This document shows, in pieces, positions 19,786 through 29,315 of a stretch of DNA of 64,000 nt. Below the pieces are notes generated by a model that was given only the letters and a program-made list of their open reading frames with translations, did not search any database and was not told where the DNA came from. Made by a program: the position numbers and the translations under genes. Each line of letters starts with the position of its first letter. Positions within the stretch are counted from its first letter, which is position 1. Origin of the DNA: an uncultured Eubacteriales bacterium (GTDB lineage: Bacteria > Bacillota > Clostridia > Oscillospirales > Acutalibacteraceae); assembly GCA_900315875.1 (NCBI GenBank), contig ONAX01000009.1, positions 4,009 to 68,008 of the forward strand, given 5' to 3'.

Positions 19786-20000
19786 AGCCGTAAGGCACAA
19801 AAAAGGATTCTCACCACGGAATCAGACCGGAGGTGAGGAACGTTTATCAGTTACAGACTGACATCAGAAAGCAGACAACTCCATGATAAAGCTATTTTTT
19901 TACGCTGACCTGAATATTACAGCGACCGCATATTTCATCCTGTTCGTATTCCATCACATTTAAGTATTATTATCAACGGTTATTACAGCAGAATTTTTAG

Positions 20001-20029
20001 TTGAACTCAATACCTGCTTATGTTAAAAT
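20001..20029 (+). promoter_or_regulatory. Sigma-70 type promoter of the S51/rSAM cassette
   Basis: TTGAAC, 17 nt, TAAAAT. Confidence 0.5.
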
Positions 20030-20082
20030 ATATGTAAATCAAGGTCTTGCAAACAGTCATTGAATTAATGGAGACATCGATT

Positions 20083-20796
20083 ATGAAACAATTATTTTTG
20101 ACAAGTTCACCATTTACTCAGCCGGGTAAGGCATTGAACGACCGCAATAAATTCGTGGAGAGATTATCCGCATGCAGCAGGCGCAAAGCATTGATGATTA
20201 CTTCCGATCCGTCTGACACTGGATTTACGGAAGAATTCTCTGGCGCCATTCGTTTTACAATGGAGCTGTCCGGGATTGTATTTGACGATTATTCGGTGCT
20301 GGACGGCAGAAATAAGGAACATGCGGATGAGCTTGTCAGAGCAAGTGATTTTATAATACTGGCAGGAGGTCATACACCTACCCAGAATGCATTCTTTAAT
20401 GAAATCGGACTGCGTGAAAGCATGAAGGATTTTGACGGAACTGTTTTCGGCATAAGCGCAGGAAGCATGAACTGTGCGGACGTGGTATATGCCCAGCCCG
20501 AGGATGAGGGTGAAACGGAAGATCCGGCATTTGTCAAATTTCTTTCCGGGCTGAATCTGACAAAAGCTATGCTTATCCCCCATTATCAGGACATTAAAGA
20601 CCGTATTCTGGACGGAAAGAAGCTTTTCGAGGAGGTCACTTATCCTGACAGTATCGGAAGACAGTTTATTGCCATATGTGACGGAAGCTATCTCTACAGC
20701 GACGGCATTACCGAGAAAATATGCGGAGAAGCCTACCTCATAAAGGACGGCAGTATAAGAAAAATATGCGATGCAGGACAAGAATACACCATCTGA
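20083..20796 (+). CDS. Peptidase S51 (dipeptidase E/cyanophycinase-like) family protein
   Basis: FIILAGGHT and nucleophile motif GISAGSMNCAD. ATG at 20083 follows GGAGA. Confidence 0.75.
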   Translation: MKQLFLTSSPFTQPGKALNDRNKFVERLSACSRRKALMITSDPSDTGFTEEFSGAIRFTMELSGIVFDDYSVLDGRNKEHADELVRASDFIILAGGHTPTQNAFFNEIGLRESMKDFDGTVFGISAGSMNCADVVYAQPEDEGETEDPAFVKFLSGLNLTKAMLIPHYQDIKDRILDGKKLFEEVTYPDSIGRQFIAICDGSYLYSDGITEKICGEAYLIKDGSIRKICDAGQEYTI

Positions 20797-20822
20797 CACA
20801 AAAACATAAAGGAGAATAACTA

Positions 20823-21200
20823 ATGAGTGATAGAGAAAAGAATCCAGACATGGAAGAAATGATAAAAAACTCAGCAAAATATCCTGAGCGCGCTTCCGAT
20901 GACAGCAACCGCAGTCCTTTTGAAGGTGTTTATGCCGGTCCGCAGATGCCCGTTGCCATGTTGACCTATGCCGGACCTCAGTTCATGAACAACAATATTG
21001 GTATAAGCCAGGGTTCTCCGTTTGCTCCCGCTCCGACTATGCAGCAACAATTGCAATCTGTGAATAAGACAGTCGGCCCCGACAAGAAAATCTGCGACAA
21101 ATGCGGCAGTACTGTCGCAAAGGAATCTAATTTCTGCCCGGAATGCGGAAGTAAGTTTGACATGACAACAACTGATAAAGCAGAAAACGAGAATAACTAA
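20823..21200 (+). CDS. Soluble 125-aa protein with duplicated YAGPQ motif and CxxC-x11-CxxC (zinc-ribbon-like) C-terminus
   Basis: VYAGPQMP...TYAGPQFM, then CDKCGSTVAKESNFCPECG. AAAGGAGA SD. Its stop shares a base with the next start (TAATG). Confidence 0.7.
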   Translation: MSDREKNPDMEEMIKNSAKYPERASDDSNRSPFEGVYAGPQMPVAMLTYAGPQFMNNNIGISQGSPFAPAPTMQQQLQSVNKTVGPDKKICDKCGSTVAKESNFCPECGSKFDMTTTDKAENENN

Positions 21201-22279
21201 TGAAATACTGTCTTACAAGATGCGTCTGGGAAATTACCCTTGCATGCTGCTTTGAATGCAGATACTGCGGCTCCCGTGCAGGACGCGCAAGAGAAAACGA
21301 GCTTACCACCGATGAATGCCTTAAGGTTGCTGATGAGCTTATTGCGCTTGGATGCAAAAGAGTTTCCATGATCGGCGGAGAAGTCTTCATGCGGCGCGAC
21401 TGGAGTGAAATAGTCAGGCACCTGACAGGAGGCGGAATCGCCGTCAACATCATCACAAACGGGTTCCTTTTCAACGACCGGATATTAAGTGATCTTTGCA
21501 ATTCCGGTATTGAATCGGTTTCCGTTTCAATAGACGGTCCGCGGGAAATACACGATAAATACAGACAGCCCGGCAGCTTTGACCGGGCCATTCGTGCTGT
21601 ATCCGTTCTGACCGGAGCCGGTATTCCCACAAGTATTATCTCGACCCTGCACAGTGAAAATGCAATTCAGCTTGAAAGTATGCTTGAAATTATCAGGCAG
21701 TACAGCATTTATGCATGGCAGCTTCAGGCATGCTCTCCTATGGGGAACGCTTCGCAAGGCTCACTCGATCACAGGTTCGATTTTCTTAGCGTAATGGATT
21801 TCATAGATAAAAATGCGGACACTGTTCCTTTTTCAATCGGCATGGCGGACAATATCGGCTACTTTACAGAGGCAGACGGCAGACTGCGCGGCAACCGCAG
21901 CGGTACGGCTGTTTTCAGGGGCTGCCTTGCCGGAATATCCAGCATAGGAATAGACAGCGTCGGAAATATCCGCGGATGCGAATCAATGTATGACGAGCGC
22001 TTCATCGAGGGCAATTTAAGGGAGCAGTCTTTGCGCAGCATATGGGAAAATCCCGATAATTTTGATTATAACAGAAAATTCACCGCAGAGCTTCTCTCCG
22101 GCAAATGTGCAGAGTGCTCATTCGGAGAATACTGCGCAGGGGGCTGCCGGTCGTATAATTACTTTGTGCACGGCAAGCTTTATGAATCGCCGTACTGTGT
22201 TCAGTCAGGCGGCAATATAATAAAACCGGAATTGCGGGGCAGAAAAACATGGAATTCAACGAAAAGCTGCAGAAACTGA
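21200..22279 (+). CDS. Radical SAM enzyme with C-terminal SPASM domain
   Basis: CCFECRYC gives CxxxCxxC at the extreme N-terminus. SPASM signature C-x13-G-x4-C, CAEC-x5-C-x3-C and a final Cys. Confidence 0.9.
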   Translation: MKYCLTRCVWEITLACCFECRYCGSRAGRARENELTTDECLKVADELIALGCKRVSMIGGEVFMRRDWSEIVRHLTGGGIAVNIITNGFLFNDRILSDLCNSGIESVSVSIDGPREIHDKYRQPGSFDRAIRAVSVLTGAGIPTSIISTLHSENAIQLESMLEIIRQYSIYAWQLQACSPMGNASQGSLDHRFDFLSVMDFIDKNADTVPFSIGMADNIGYFTEADGRLRGNRSGTAVFRGCLAGISSIGIDSVGNIRGCESMYDERFIEGNLREQSLRSIWENPDNFDYNRKFTAELLSGKCAECSFGEYCAGGCRSYNYFVHGKLYESPYCVQSGGNIIKPELRGRKTWNSTKSCRN

Positions 22280-22854
22280 GGACAAAAGAAAACCTGACGC
22301 AGGAGGAGCTTGCCGAAAAGCTCTATGTTTCCCGAGCTGCAATATCAAAATGGGAATCAGGAAGAGGATATCCGAGCATTGATTCGCTGAAGGCTATAGC
22401 CAAATACTTTAATGTGACGATTGACGAACTTATCGGCACAGAGGAAATCGTAGACCTTGCCGAGCAGGATATCAAGGATTCCAATAAAAAATATACAACC
22501 CTGATCTGCGGAATACTGGATTGCCTTGCGGTGCTGTTGCTTTTTCTTCCGGTTTTCGGAAACGGCGGTACAGCAGAAACGCAATCCGTCACACTGTTTG
22601 CACTGACGGGTATCAGCGTATGGCTGAAAATTACATTCATTACAGTCACCATATTAAGCATATTAAACGGATTCAGCACAGTAGTAGTCAGTAGTTTTGA
22701 CAGACCGCGTTGGAAACGGACTCTCCTTTTGACAGGAACTGCATTATCGGTCATAGGTACTATCCTTTTTATTTTAGCAAGGCAGCCATATGCAGGGGTA
22801 TTATTTCTCTGGATACTCGTAATCAAAGGGATTTTAGTGATAAAAAACAAATGA
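22249..22854 (+). CDS. XRE-family HTH regulator fused to a 4-helix membrane domain
   Basis: MEFNEKLQKLRTKENLTQEELAEKLYVSRAAISKWESG followed by hydrophobic helices. Overlaps the rSAM 3' end by 31 nt. Confidence 0.8.
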   Translation: MEFNEKLQKLRTKENLTQEELAEKLYVSRAAISKWESGRGYPSIDSLKAIAKYFNVTIDELIGTEEIVDLAEQDIKDSNKKYTTLICGILDCLAVLLLFLPVFGNGGTAETQSVTLFALTGISVWLKITFITVTILSILNGFSTVVVSSFDRPRWKRTLLLTGTALSVIGTILFILARQPYAGVLFLWILVIKGILVIKNK

Positions 22855-22959
22855 TACGAAGCGTATCACCGATGAAATCGAGCGTTTCTTGAGATATTAT
22901 CCGAGAAAACATATAATAAAGCTGACCCCGGGAACAGAAAATACGAAAGGACGATTCTC

Positions 22960-23613
22960 ATGAAAAACAAAGTGAAATTTCTTATCTCAGGTGTAAGCGC
23001 AATACTGTTTGCGCTGCTGATTGCGGTACTGCGTCTTGTCGATGTCGCGCCCGCAGGACCACAAGGGACAAGCATCGGACTGTCACACCTGAACAAATCT
23101 GTCGCAAATCTGACCGGAGTTAATATGCTCTGGTACGATATCACCGACTGGCTTGGCGTTGCAGCAATTCTCACAGCATTTGTATTCACTATAGTCGGAC
23201 TGGTACAGCTGATAAAAAGGAAAAGCCTTCTGAAGGTGGATGGTGAACTGCTTTGGCTCGGCGGACTTTATCTTCTGGTTATCGGAATATACATACTGTT
23301 TGAAAACGTTATTATAAACTACAGACCTATTATTATGCCCGGATGCACAAATCCTGAGGCTTCCTTCCCGTCGTCACATACTATGATCGTATGCGTTATC
23401 ATGGGCAGCGCAATTATGCTGATCGGCAGATATATTAAGAAAAAGCCGCTGTGCAGTGGGCTGCAGATTATCTGCACGGCCATAATCGCTGTTACTGTTG
23501 TCGGAAGGCTTATTTCCGGTGTTCACTGGTTCACTGATATAATGGGCGGAATACTGATAAGCTCCGCTTTGCTTGCATTATACTCCGGGATAACACAGAA
23601 AACCGACAAATAA
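22960..23613 (+). CDS. PAP2-family membrane phosphatase
   Basis: Motifs NYRP, PSSH and SGVHWFTD in a polytopic protein. Confidence 0.8.
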   Translation: MKNKVKFLISGVSAILFALLIAVLRLVDVAPAGPQGTSIGLSHLNKSVANLTGVNMLWYDITDWLGVAAILTAFVFTIVGLVQLIKRKSLLKVDGELLWLGGLYLLVIGIYILFENVIINYRPIIMPGCTNPEASFPSSHTMIVCVIMGSAIMLIGRYIKKKPLCSGLQIICTAIIAVTVVGRLISGVHWFTDIMGGILISSALLALYSGITQKTDK

Positions 23614-23623
23614 AGAATAATAA

Positions 23624-23671
23624 GGATCCATTCCTGCGGATTGTAAGTTTTGCCGGAATGGATCCCTTTTT
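23624..23671 (+). terminator. Intrinsic terminator
   Basis: GGATCCATTCC-N20-GGAATGGATCC followed by CTTTTT. Confidence 0.7.
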
Positions 23672-23675
23672 CATG

Positions 23676-23719
23676 CCGCAAAAAAGCAGACCATCCTATG
23701 AAGGCCTGCTTTTTTGCGG
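23676..23719. terminator. 14-bp perfect stem-loop (bidirectional terminator-like)
   Basis: CCGCAAAAAAGCAG-N16-CTGCTTTTTTGCGG, 5 nt after the stop of the minus-strand small ORF. Confidence 0.5.
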
Positions 23720-23724
23720 TAACA

Positions 23725-23844
23725 TTATATTGTGGAGTCTTTTCTCGGATCAATCAGGTCGGTTTCATCACCACTGGTTGTGATAACATCATCTGTTTCA
23801 AATTCTATAATTTCCAACTCGCACTTACTGTATTGTTTTTTCAT
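23725..23844 (-). CDS. Unannotated 39-aa acidic peptide MKKQYSKCELEIIEFETDDVITTSGDETDLIDPRKDSTI
   Basis: GAGGTG SD, 7 nt, ATG. Lies 40 nt downstream of the BspA-like gene and directly before a strong hairpin. Below the track's length cut-off. Confidence 0.45.
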   Translation of the reverse strand: MKKQYSKCELEIIEFETDDVITTSGDETDLIDPRKDSTI

Positions 23845-23883
23845 ATCTTTACACCTCAAAAAATCAAATATAAGAATATCCAA

Positions 23884-26800
23884 TCAGCTTTTATAGCAAT
23901 ACTGCTGTGCAGCCTTATAGTATACATACAATGCTTTCACTGTGTTACAGAGATTCACCTTTTCGGCATTGTTTCCATACTGTGAAAGTGCAGAATAAAC
24001 ATATGACAAAGGAGAAACATTCAGATTTGCGATTTTCTCATACTTATACACATTGCCATCGCCGTAATCATATTCCTCATATTTTCCTGTAGGGAAATAC
24101 AAATACGTGCGAGAATCCAGTTCTTTTGCAGGTATATTGCTGATTTCAAAATAATATCTGTCTCCGGAAACGTTCACAAGCTTATTGTTTGTTCCAAGGT
24201 TTCTTTCACTGTTGAAATACTTATCAATGTTTGCACATTCAAAATACAATCTCAAAGATGTTTCTGAATCAAGAACAAGTGTGAAACCCTTGAAATCCAG
24301 ATCGTCAGGCATATCGTCCGGCACAGTGCATTTACTGGTAGATACGTTATCTTTGGTAACACTTGCAACGGCATCCTTTGCTGCCAGAGAATCAACATCT
24401 ATACTATCGGCTTTGTAGCCAAAGTTGATCTGTGCATAACAGCCGTATGCTTCAAGCGCATTCACAAGATCAACAAGATAACTGCTGTATCCTGTACCCT
24501 TCTGAACTGTACTGATATAATCAGAAACAGCATAGCTGCACTTATTGTTATCGATCAATTCGTAGTTTCCATCACTTGTCTTGCTGTAAAGAGTCTGAAT
24601 TGTGCCCTGGCTGTCATAGACCGAGATAGAAACCTTATCGTGAATTTGCTTTGCAGCAACCCTGTAGGTAAACTTATATCCCTCTTTTTTATTGAGCACA
24701 GCATCCTTGATGAAGATTTTCTGCTCACCCTTAGGTCCGCTCATTATTACATATGCATTTTCGTCAATATCCGAAGGAAACTCCAGATAGAAATTGATTC
24801 CTATCTGTCCTTCAAGTGTCAGGGTAGCTCCTCTGATTGCTACTTTGTCATAAGAACACTTGTCACGAACATATGTATAACCCTTGTGTGCTTGGAAAAC
24901 AGCGTATTCTCCGCTGCCGGAAAGGATCGTGCTGTTGTTTTCCATGTGCCATCCGCCATAAAAATAATTAGCGTTTTCAAGCTTAACGCTCTCAGTTATT
25001 ACCGAATTATCAGACTGATTACTGTTGCTATTAACGGTAATTGACTGCAGCTTTTCAGCTCCGCTGAACAATTCTTTGAAATAGCTGCTGTTGTTGCTGT
25101 TCATGATCTTTTTGAATGCAGGAAGCTTTACTGTCTCGAGAGAAGAACAGTCTTTAAATGCTTGGCTCATTGAAAAATAAGAATAGACCGAAACAAGATT
25201 ACTCAGATCAATATTCTTTATCGAAGAACAGCCGGAGAACATACTGTACATATAATTAACATTCTGGCTTTTGATATTTTCAATGTTAACATTTTTGAGA
25301 GATGAACACCCGCTGAACATACTGCTCAGAGAAATGTCGCTTTTTGTTATCTCCGGCAAAGTTACAGTTTCAAGAGATGAGCAATCCTTGAACAATTCAG
25401 AAAAATACGTTATGCCCTGCACATTAATGTTTCTCAGATCAACAGATTTGAGAGAAGTACAACCTTCGAACATACTGTCTATTGAGGTTATCTCATTCAT
25501 TTGTGGTATAGTCACTGTTTCCAGAGCTCTACAACGGCTGAACATACTTGTAACATTTGTAAGCTCAGAACTATCAAATGAATTAAAATCAAAGGATTTC
25601 AGCGAAGTACAACCTGAAAAGAAACCACTCAAATCTGTAGGCTTCCAGTCAGAGGGTAACTTGACAGATGTAAGATTTTCACACCTCATAAACATATCAC
25701 AATAATCATAAGGTGAACTGACAGGAATGGTAAAATGACTGATGTCTATAGTACTGATTTCACTGTCGCTGAACATATTATTCATTTTTGTAACATTGCT
25801 GGTATCAAAGCTGCTTATATCTATTTTTTCCACAGCACATCCGCTGAACATTTCAGACATATTGGTTACTTTGGTTGTATTGAAACTGGTCAGATCAAGT
25901 TCAAAATCGGGATCTTTAGTTTGAAAACCAGCGAACATACCACTCATATCTGTAGCGCTGGATGTATTTAAACACTTAGGATTAAGACCTTCTACCCTTC
26001 TTGAGAACATATTGTTCATATTGGTAACTTCAGAAGTATCAATGTCACCATGATATTCTACATAATAATCTGTATAGTATCCGCCGAAATAAAAAATATT
26101 GCTGCAGTTGCCCTTGAATTTTACGCCGTCATTAACTTCAAATTTATAAGTAGATGCATAATCATTAGTATAAACAAGGTCTACATTATGATCTTCACAA
26201 TATTTTTCCGTAGCAGAATGGATGGCAATAAGAACTGGCGAGGAATAATATCCTGACTTCAGAGTAACGACACGACCGTTATCAAAGTCATAGCTCCACA
26301 CAATATTATCAAGTTTTGCCTTGTAGGTTCCTGCGCCGCTGAACACAGCATTATCGTCTATACCGGATACGATTGAATCACCGCTGCCGGATTTTTTCCA
26401 TCCGATCACTTCCGTGCATGTAATATCCGAACCATCTGCGGTAATATCACCTATGCTTACAAACATGTTGCAAAGCTGCATTTCTTCAGTTATTGCCATA
26501 TTATCAGAGATCGTAATCTCCTCTAATGCTGCTCCATCGAACATCTGCGAAACATAGGTGCCGTCTGCAATCTTAAAGCTGCTCAGATCCAGTTTTTTCA
26601 AAGATTTACAGTCACGGAACATTCCATACATTTCGGATACATTGCTCGTATCAAAACTTGTAAGATTTACATCTGTCAGCGAAGAACAATCACAAAACAT
26701 ACCATGCATGTTTGTGACATTGCTTGTATTCAACGATGACAGATTAACACTTTTCAGAGATTTGCAATATGCAAACATATAGCTCATATCGGTCACATTG

Positions 26801-27147
26801 CTTGTATCAACCGCAGACAGATCAATCGATTCTACATTTTCAAAATAGACGAACAAATCAGCACAATTTCCGGTAAAAACAACATTTTCATTAGCCTTAA
26901 CCGATTTTACGTCATCTTTATTTAAATCATCAAAATATGGATTGTTATAGGTACCGGCTTCGATTGTCAATGCACCTGTGGTATCATCAAATGAATACGT
27001 GATTTCCCCGTCGTTTTCAGCATTTACGGTAAGGCTTGCCGACATAAGCTCCGGAACAGGCAGCACAGGCGCCAGACCCGCCGAAAAGGACAGCAGCAGT
27101 GCCGCCGCCAATACTCTTGTCATGCATTTACTGAACTTTTCTGACAT
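23884..27147 (-). CDS. BspA-type leucine-rich-repeat surface protein (DUF285-like repeats)
   Basis: Signal peptide. Many ~25-aa units of the form F..C.SL..VDLS.FDTSNVT.M..MF. C-terminal beta-rich domain. Confidence 0.85.
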   Translation of the reverse strand: MSEKFSKCMTRVLAAALLLSFSAGLAPVLPVPELMSASLTVNAENDGEITYSFDDTTGALTIEAGTYNNPYFDDLNKDDVKSVKANENVVFTGNCADLFVYFENVESIDLSAVDTSNVTDMSYMFAYCKSLKSVNLSSLNTSNVTNMHGMFCDCSSLTDVNLTSFDTSNVSEMYGMFRDCKSLKKLDLSSFKIADGTYVSQMFDGAALEEITISDNMAITEEMQLCNMFVSIGDITADGSDITCTEVIGWKKSGSGDSIVSGIDDNAVFSGAGTYKAKLDNIVWSYDFDNGRVVTLKSGYYSSPVLIAIHSATEKYCEDHNVDLVYTNDYASTYKFEVNDGVKFKGNCSNIFYFGGYYTDYYVEYHGDIDTSEVTNMNNMFSRRVEGLNPKCLNTSSATDMSGMFAGFQTKDPDFELDLTSFNTTKVTNMSEMFSGCAVEKIDISSFDTSNVTKMNNMFSDSEISTIDISHFTIPVSSPYDYCDMFMRCENLTSVKLPSDWKPTDLSGFFSGCTSLKSFDFNSFDSSELTNVTSMFSRCRALETVTIPQMNEITSIDSMFEGCTSLKSVDLRNINVQGITYFSELFKDCSSLETVTLPEITKSDISLSSMFSGCSSLKNVNIENIKSQNVNYMYSMFSGCSSIKNIDLSNLVSVYSYFSMSQAFKDCSSLETVKLPAFKKIMNSNNSSYFKELFSGAEKLQSITVNSNSNQSDNSVITESVKLENANYFYGGWHMENNSTILSGSGEYAVFQAHKGYTYVRDKCSYDKVAIRGATLTLEGQIGINFYLEFPSDIDENAYVIMSGPKGEQKIFIKDAVLNKKEGYKFTYRVAAKQIHDKVSISVYDSQGTIQTLYSKTSDGNYELIDNNKCSYAVSDYISTVQKGTGYSSYLVDLVNALEAYGCYAQINFGYKADSIDVDSLAAKDAVASVTKDNVSTSKCTVPDDMPDDLDFKGFTLVLDSETSLRLYFECANIDKYFNSERNLGTNNKLVNVSGDRYYFEISNIPAKELDSRTYLYFPTGKYEEYDYGDGNVYKYEKIANLNVSPLSYVYSALSQYGNNAEKVNLCNTVKALYVYYKAAQQYCYKS

Positions 27148-27203
27148 AATAATTCCTCCGTTTTATATCTATTTATGCCATTATGTGGCTGTTGTACAAT
27201 GTA

Positions 27204-28199
27204 TCATTTACCAGTTTCCGCGGACTGTATCCTTGCAAGCCTGCGGTATTCAAGGGGTGTGCTTTTAAAGTACTTTTTGAATGCTGCTCCGAACTTCGCC
27301 TGACTGTAATAACCGCAAAGCTCGGATATTTCACCGACGCTGAGCTTCGATTTCTCAAGCATCAGAGCTGCATTTTCCATGCGTATCTTCATCTGGTATT
27401 CCTTGAAGCCGCATCCAAAAGCATTTTTAAAGTAATTCTTTATCGTAGTTTCACTCAAGCCGTATTTATCGGCAAAAAGCCTCACGGTCCATTTCTCGCC
27501 GAATTCATATGTAAGCTTTTCGTGAATTTCTTCCGCAATCCTTTTCTGGGAACCCGAAACATAGCGGGTTTTGCTCTTCTTCTCTTTCTCAAGATCCTTT
27601 CCGACAGCATATGCCAGTTCTGCAACCTTTACGACAATTACCTCTGCGTCTTCCTTTTCCTCCGAGTATTCAATAATCTCATCAAGAACTCTGGAGGTCT
27701 GTTCCGACTGGCTTACATAGTAGAATGAATCTATTACCATTGCATGATCAGGAAGCGACATACTTTTGACTGATCTTTTCAGTGCGGCAAGTACAGGGTG
27801 ATCTTCCAGGACCTTATCAACCTGCATTATTACTTCCACTCCGACATATCCGTCAGCCGTAAATGCGAATTCCCCGTCATTTCCGTCATTATAGTCCATC
27901 AGAGTTTCCCCTGCGGACAGACGGTATATTTCTCCGTTTTTCGTAAATTCACATCCGCCTTTTCTGCAGCAGTTCACACGAAGATATCTTCCGTCATTGC
28001 GCTGTTTGAGTCCATGATCAGGTACAGTGCCGTGGTCAATATTAAAAATAAACACATTTATATTATCAGAAAGAAAGTAGCCTATTATCCTGTTCCTCTC
28101 TCCGTCATCGGGAGACACAAGATAGTCTGCCCGTTTTTTCACCGGATCCGCCAAAGAAGCGAAATGCTTGAATATATTATTTAACAGCTGCTTTTTCAT
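27204..28199 (-). CDS. AraC-family transcriptional regulator
   Basis: C-terminal double HTH (ETTIKNYFKNAFG...VGEISELCGYYSQAKFGAAFKKYF) with an N-terminal cupin-like sensor. Confidence 0.85.
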   Translation of the reverse strand: MKKQLLNNIFKHFASLADPVKKRADYLVSPDDGERNRIIGYFLSDNINVFIFNIDHGTVPDHGLKQRNDGRYLRVNCCRKGGCEFTKNGEIYRLSAGETLMDYNDGNDGEFAFTADGYVGVEVIMQVDKVLEDHPVLAALKRSVKSMSLPDHAMVIDSFYYVSQSEQTSRVLDEIIEYSEEKEDAEVIVVKVAELAYAVGKDLEKEKKSKTRYVSGSQKRIAEEIHEKLTYEFGEKWTVRLFADKYGLSETTIKNYFKNAFGCGFKEYQMKIRMENAALMLEKSKLSVGEISELCGYYSQAKFGAAFKKYFKSTPLEYRRLARIQSAETGK

Positions 28200-28407
28200 C
28201 GCACCAACCCTAAATTAATACAATTGCAGTTATTATAACATTTTAATTGAAAATAATCTACACCAAAATACAGTTTTTAGCCATTTCGTCATTTATTTTT
28301 TTCAATTTGAATACTTATTATGCTGATATGGAAAATAAGCACAGGTTATAAATAATCACAAACCCCAAAGCATTCTATTCACGTACATTATCATTTGAAG
28401 GTCTTAT

Positions 28408-28442
28408 AAAATAATACAGAGCAGCATGCAACAGCTGCTCTG
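28408..28442 (-). terminator. Intrinsic terminator after the methyltransferase gene
   Basis: CAGAGCAGC-N8-GCTGCTCTG followed by a U-rich tract on the minus strand. Confidence 0.6.
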
Positions 28443-28444
28443 CT

Positions 28445-29275
28445 TTACGGATAATTATCATTTCTTTGTTTCTCTGAGCTTATAGTCCTTGCCCTCAGTA
28501 TGCACATTGCAGCGTAGTGCAGAACCTCAAAGCTTTCCGGCGCCTTTTCATTCAGAAGCTGCAGATGCTCCTTTTCCCACTGCTGCAGCTCTGTCCCCGA
28601 AAGTGACGCACCCACTCCGCGGCACGCCTTCATCCTTCCGTGCCAGCTGTCCCTCGTAAACGGGACCATGATGTCGTATTCCTCGTGGTACTCCGGCTCG
28701 AAATACCGCAGCGCAGCTTCCGGTATACCGATGGGCTTTCGGGTTTCTCCGGCACCAGTCCAGCCGGGGCTGTATTTCAGAACAAGTCTTTCGCTTGCGC
28801 CCGCAATTTCATCCTCAAAGGGCAGCCACGCCATATAAAGAATAAGCAGCCTGCCGCCGGGCTTCAGAAAACGCGCAAGCATCGGCATTGTCTTTTCGTG
28901 GTCGAAATACCAGAAGCACTGGCATGCAGTAATAACATCAAACGACCCGTCAGGAAAATCCAGTTCTTCTGTAGGCACGGCAAAATATTCAATATTCATG
29001 CTGCCTTGTTCAGACAGAAGCCTTGCCTGCTCTATCTGCTCCGGAGAAATATCCGTACCCGTCCATTTTGCGCCGAAACGGTACATATTGCGAGGGAGAA
29101 CACCTGTTCCGGTACCGATATCAAGCACTCTCTGACCGTCTGTACACAGCCCACGGTCAATTATCTTTCTGTAGAATATCTCCGGGTAGATATCCCTGTA
29201 TTTAGCATATTCGCCGGAGGTTTTGCCCCAGTCAAAGGGCTTTCCCCCGTCTATTCTTACATCTGTTATTTCCAT
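28445..29275 (-). CDS. Class I SAM-dependent methyltransferase
   Basis: Motif I VLDIGTGTG and post-I acidic residue. Confidence 0.85.
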   Translation of the reverse strand: MEITDVRIDGGKPFDWGKTSGEYAKYRDIYPEIFYRKIIDRGLCTDGQRVLDIGTGTGVLPRNMYRFGAKWTGTDISPEQIEQARLLSEQGSMNIEYFAVPTEELDFPDGSFDVITACQCFWYFDHEKTMPMLARFLKPGGRLLILYMAWLPFEDEIAGASERLVLKYSPGWTGAGETRKPIGIPEAALRYFEPEYHEEYDIMVPFTRDSWHGRMKACRGVGASLSGTELQQWEKEHLQLLNEKAPESFEVLHYAAMCILRARTISSEKQRNDNYP

Positions 29276-29315
29276 TCAATATACTCCTTCGTGCTTAGCT
29301 GAAACAATACGGTTT

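Noticed and set aside
20164-22850. Antisense ORFs (237, 167 and 175 aa, and others) across the S51/rSAM/XRE cassette
   Set aside because: Each lies opposite a motif-supported plus-strand gene. None has an RBS or a recognisable domain.
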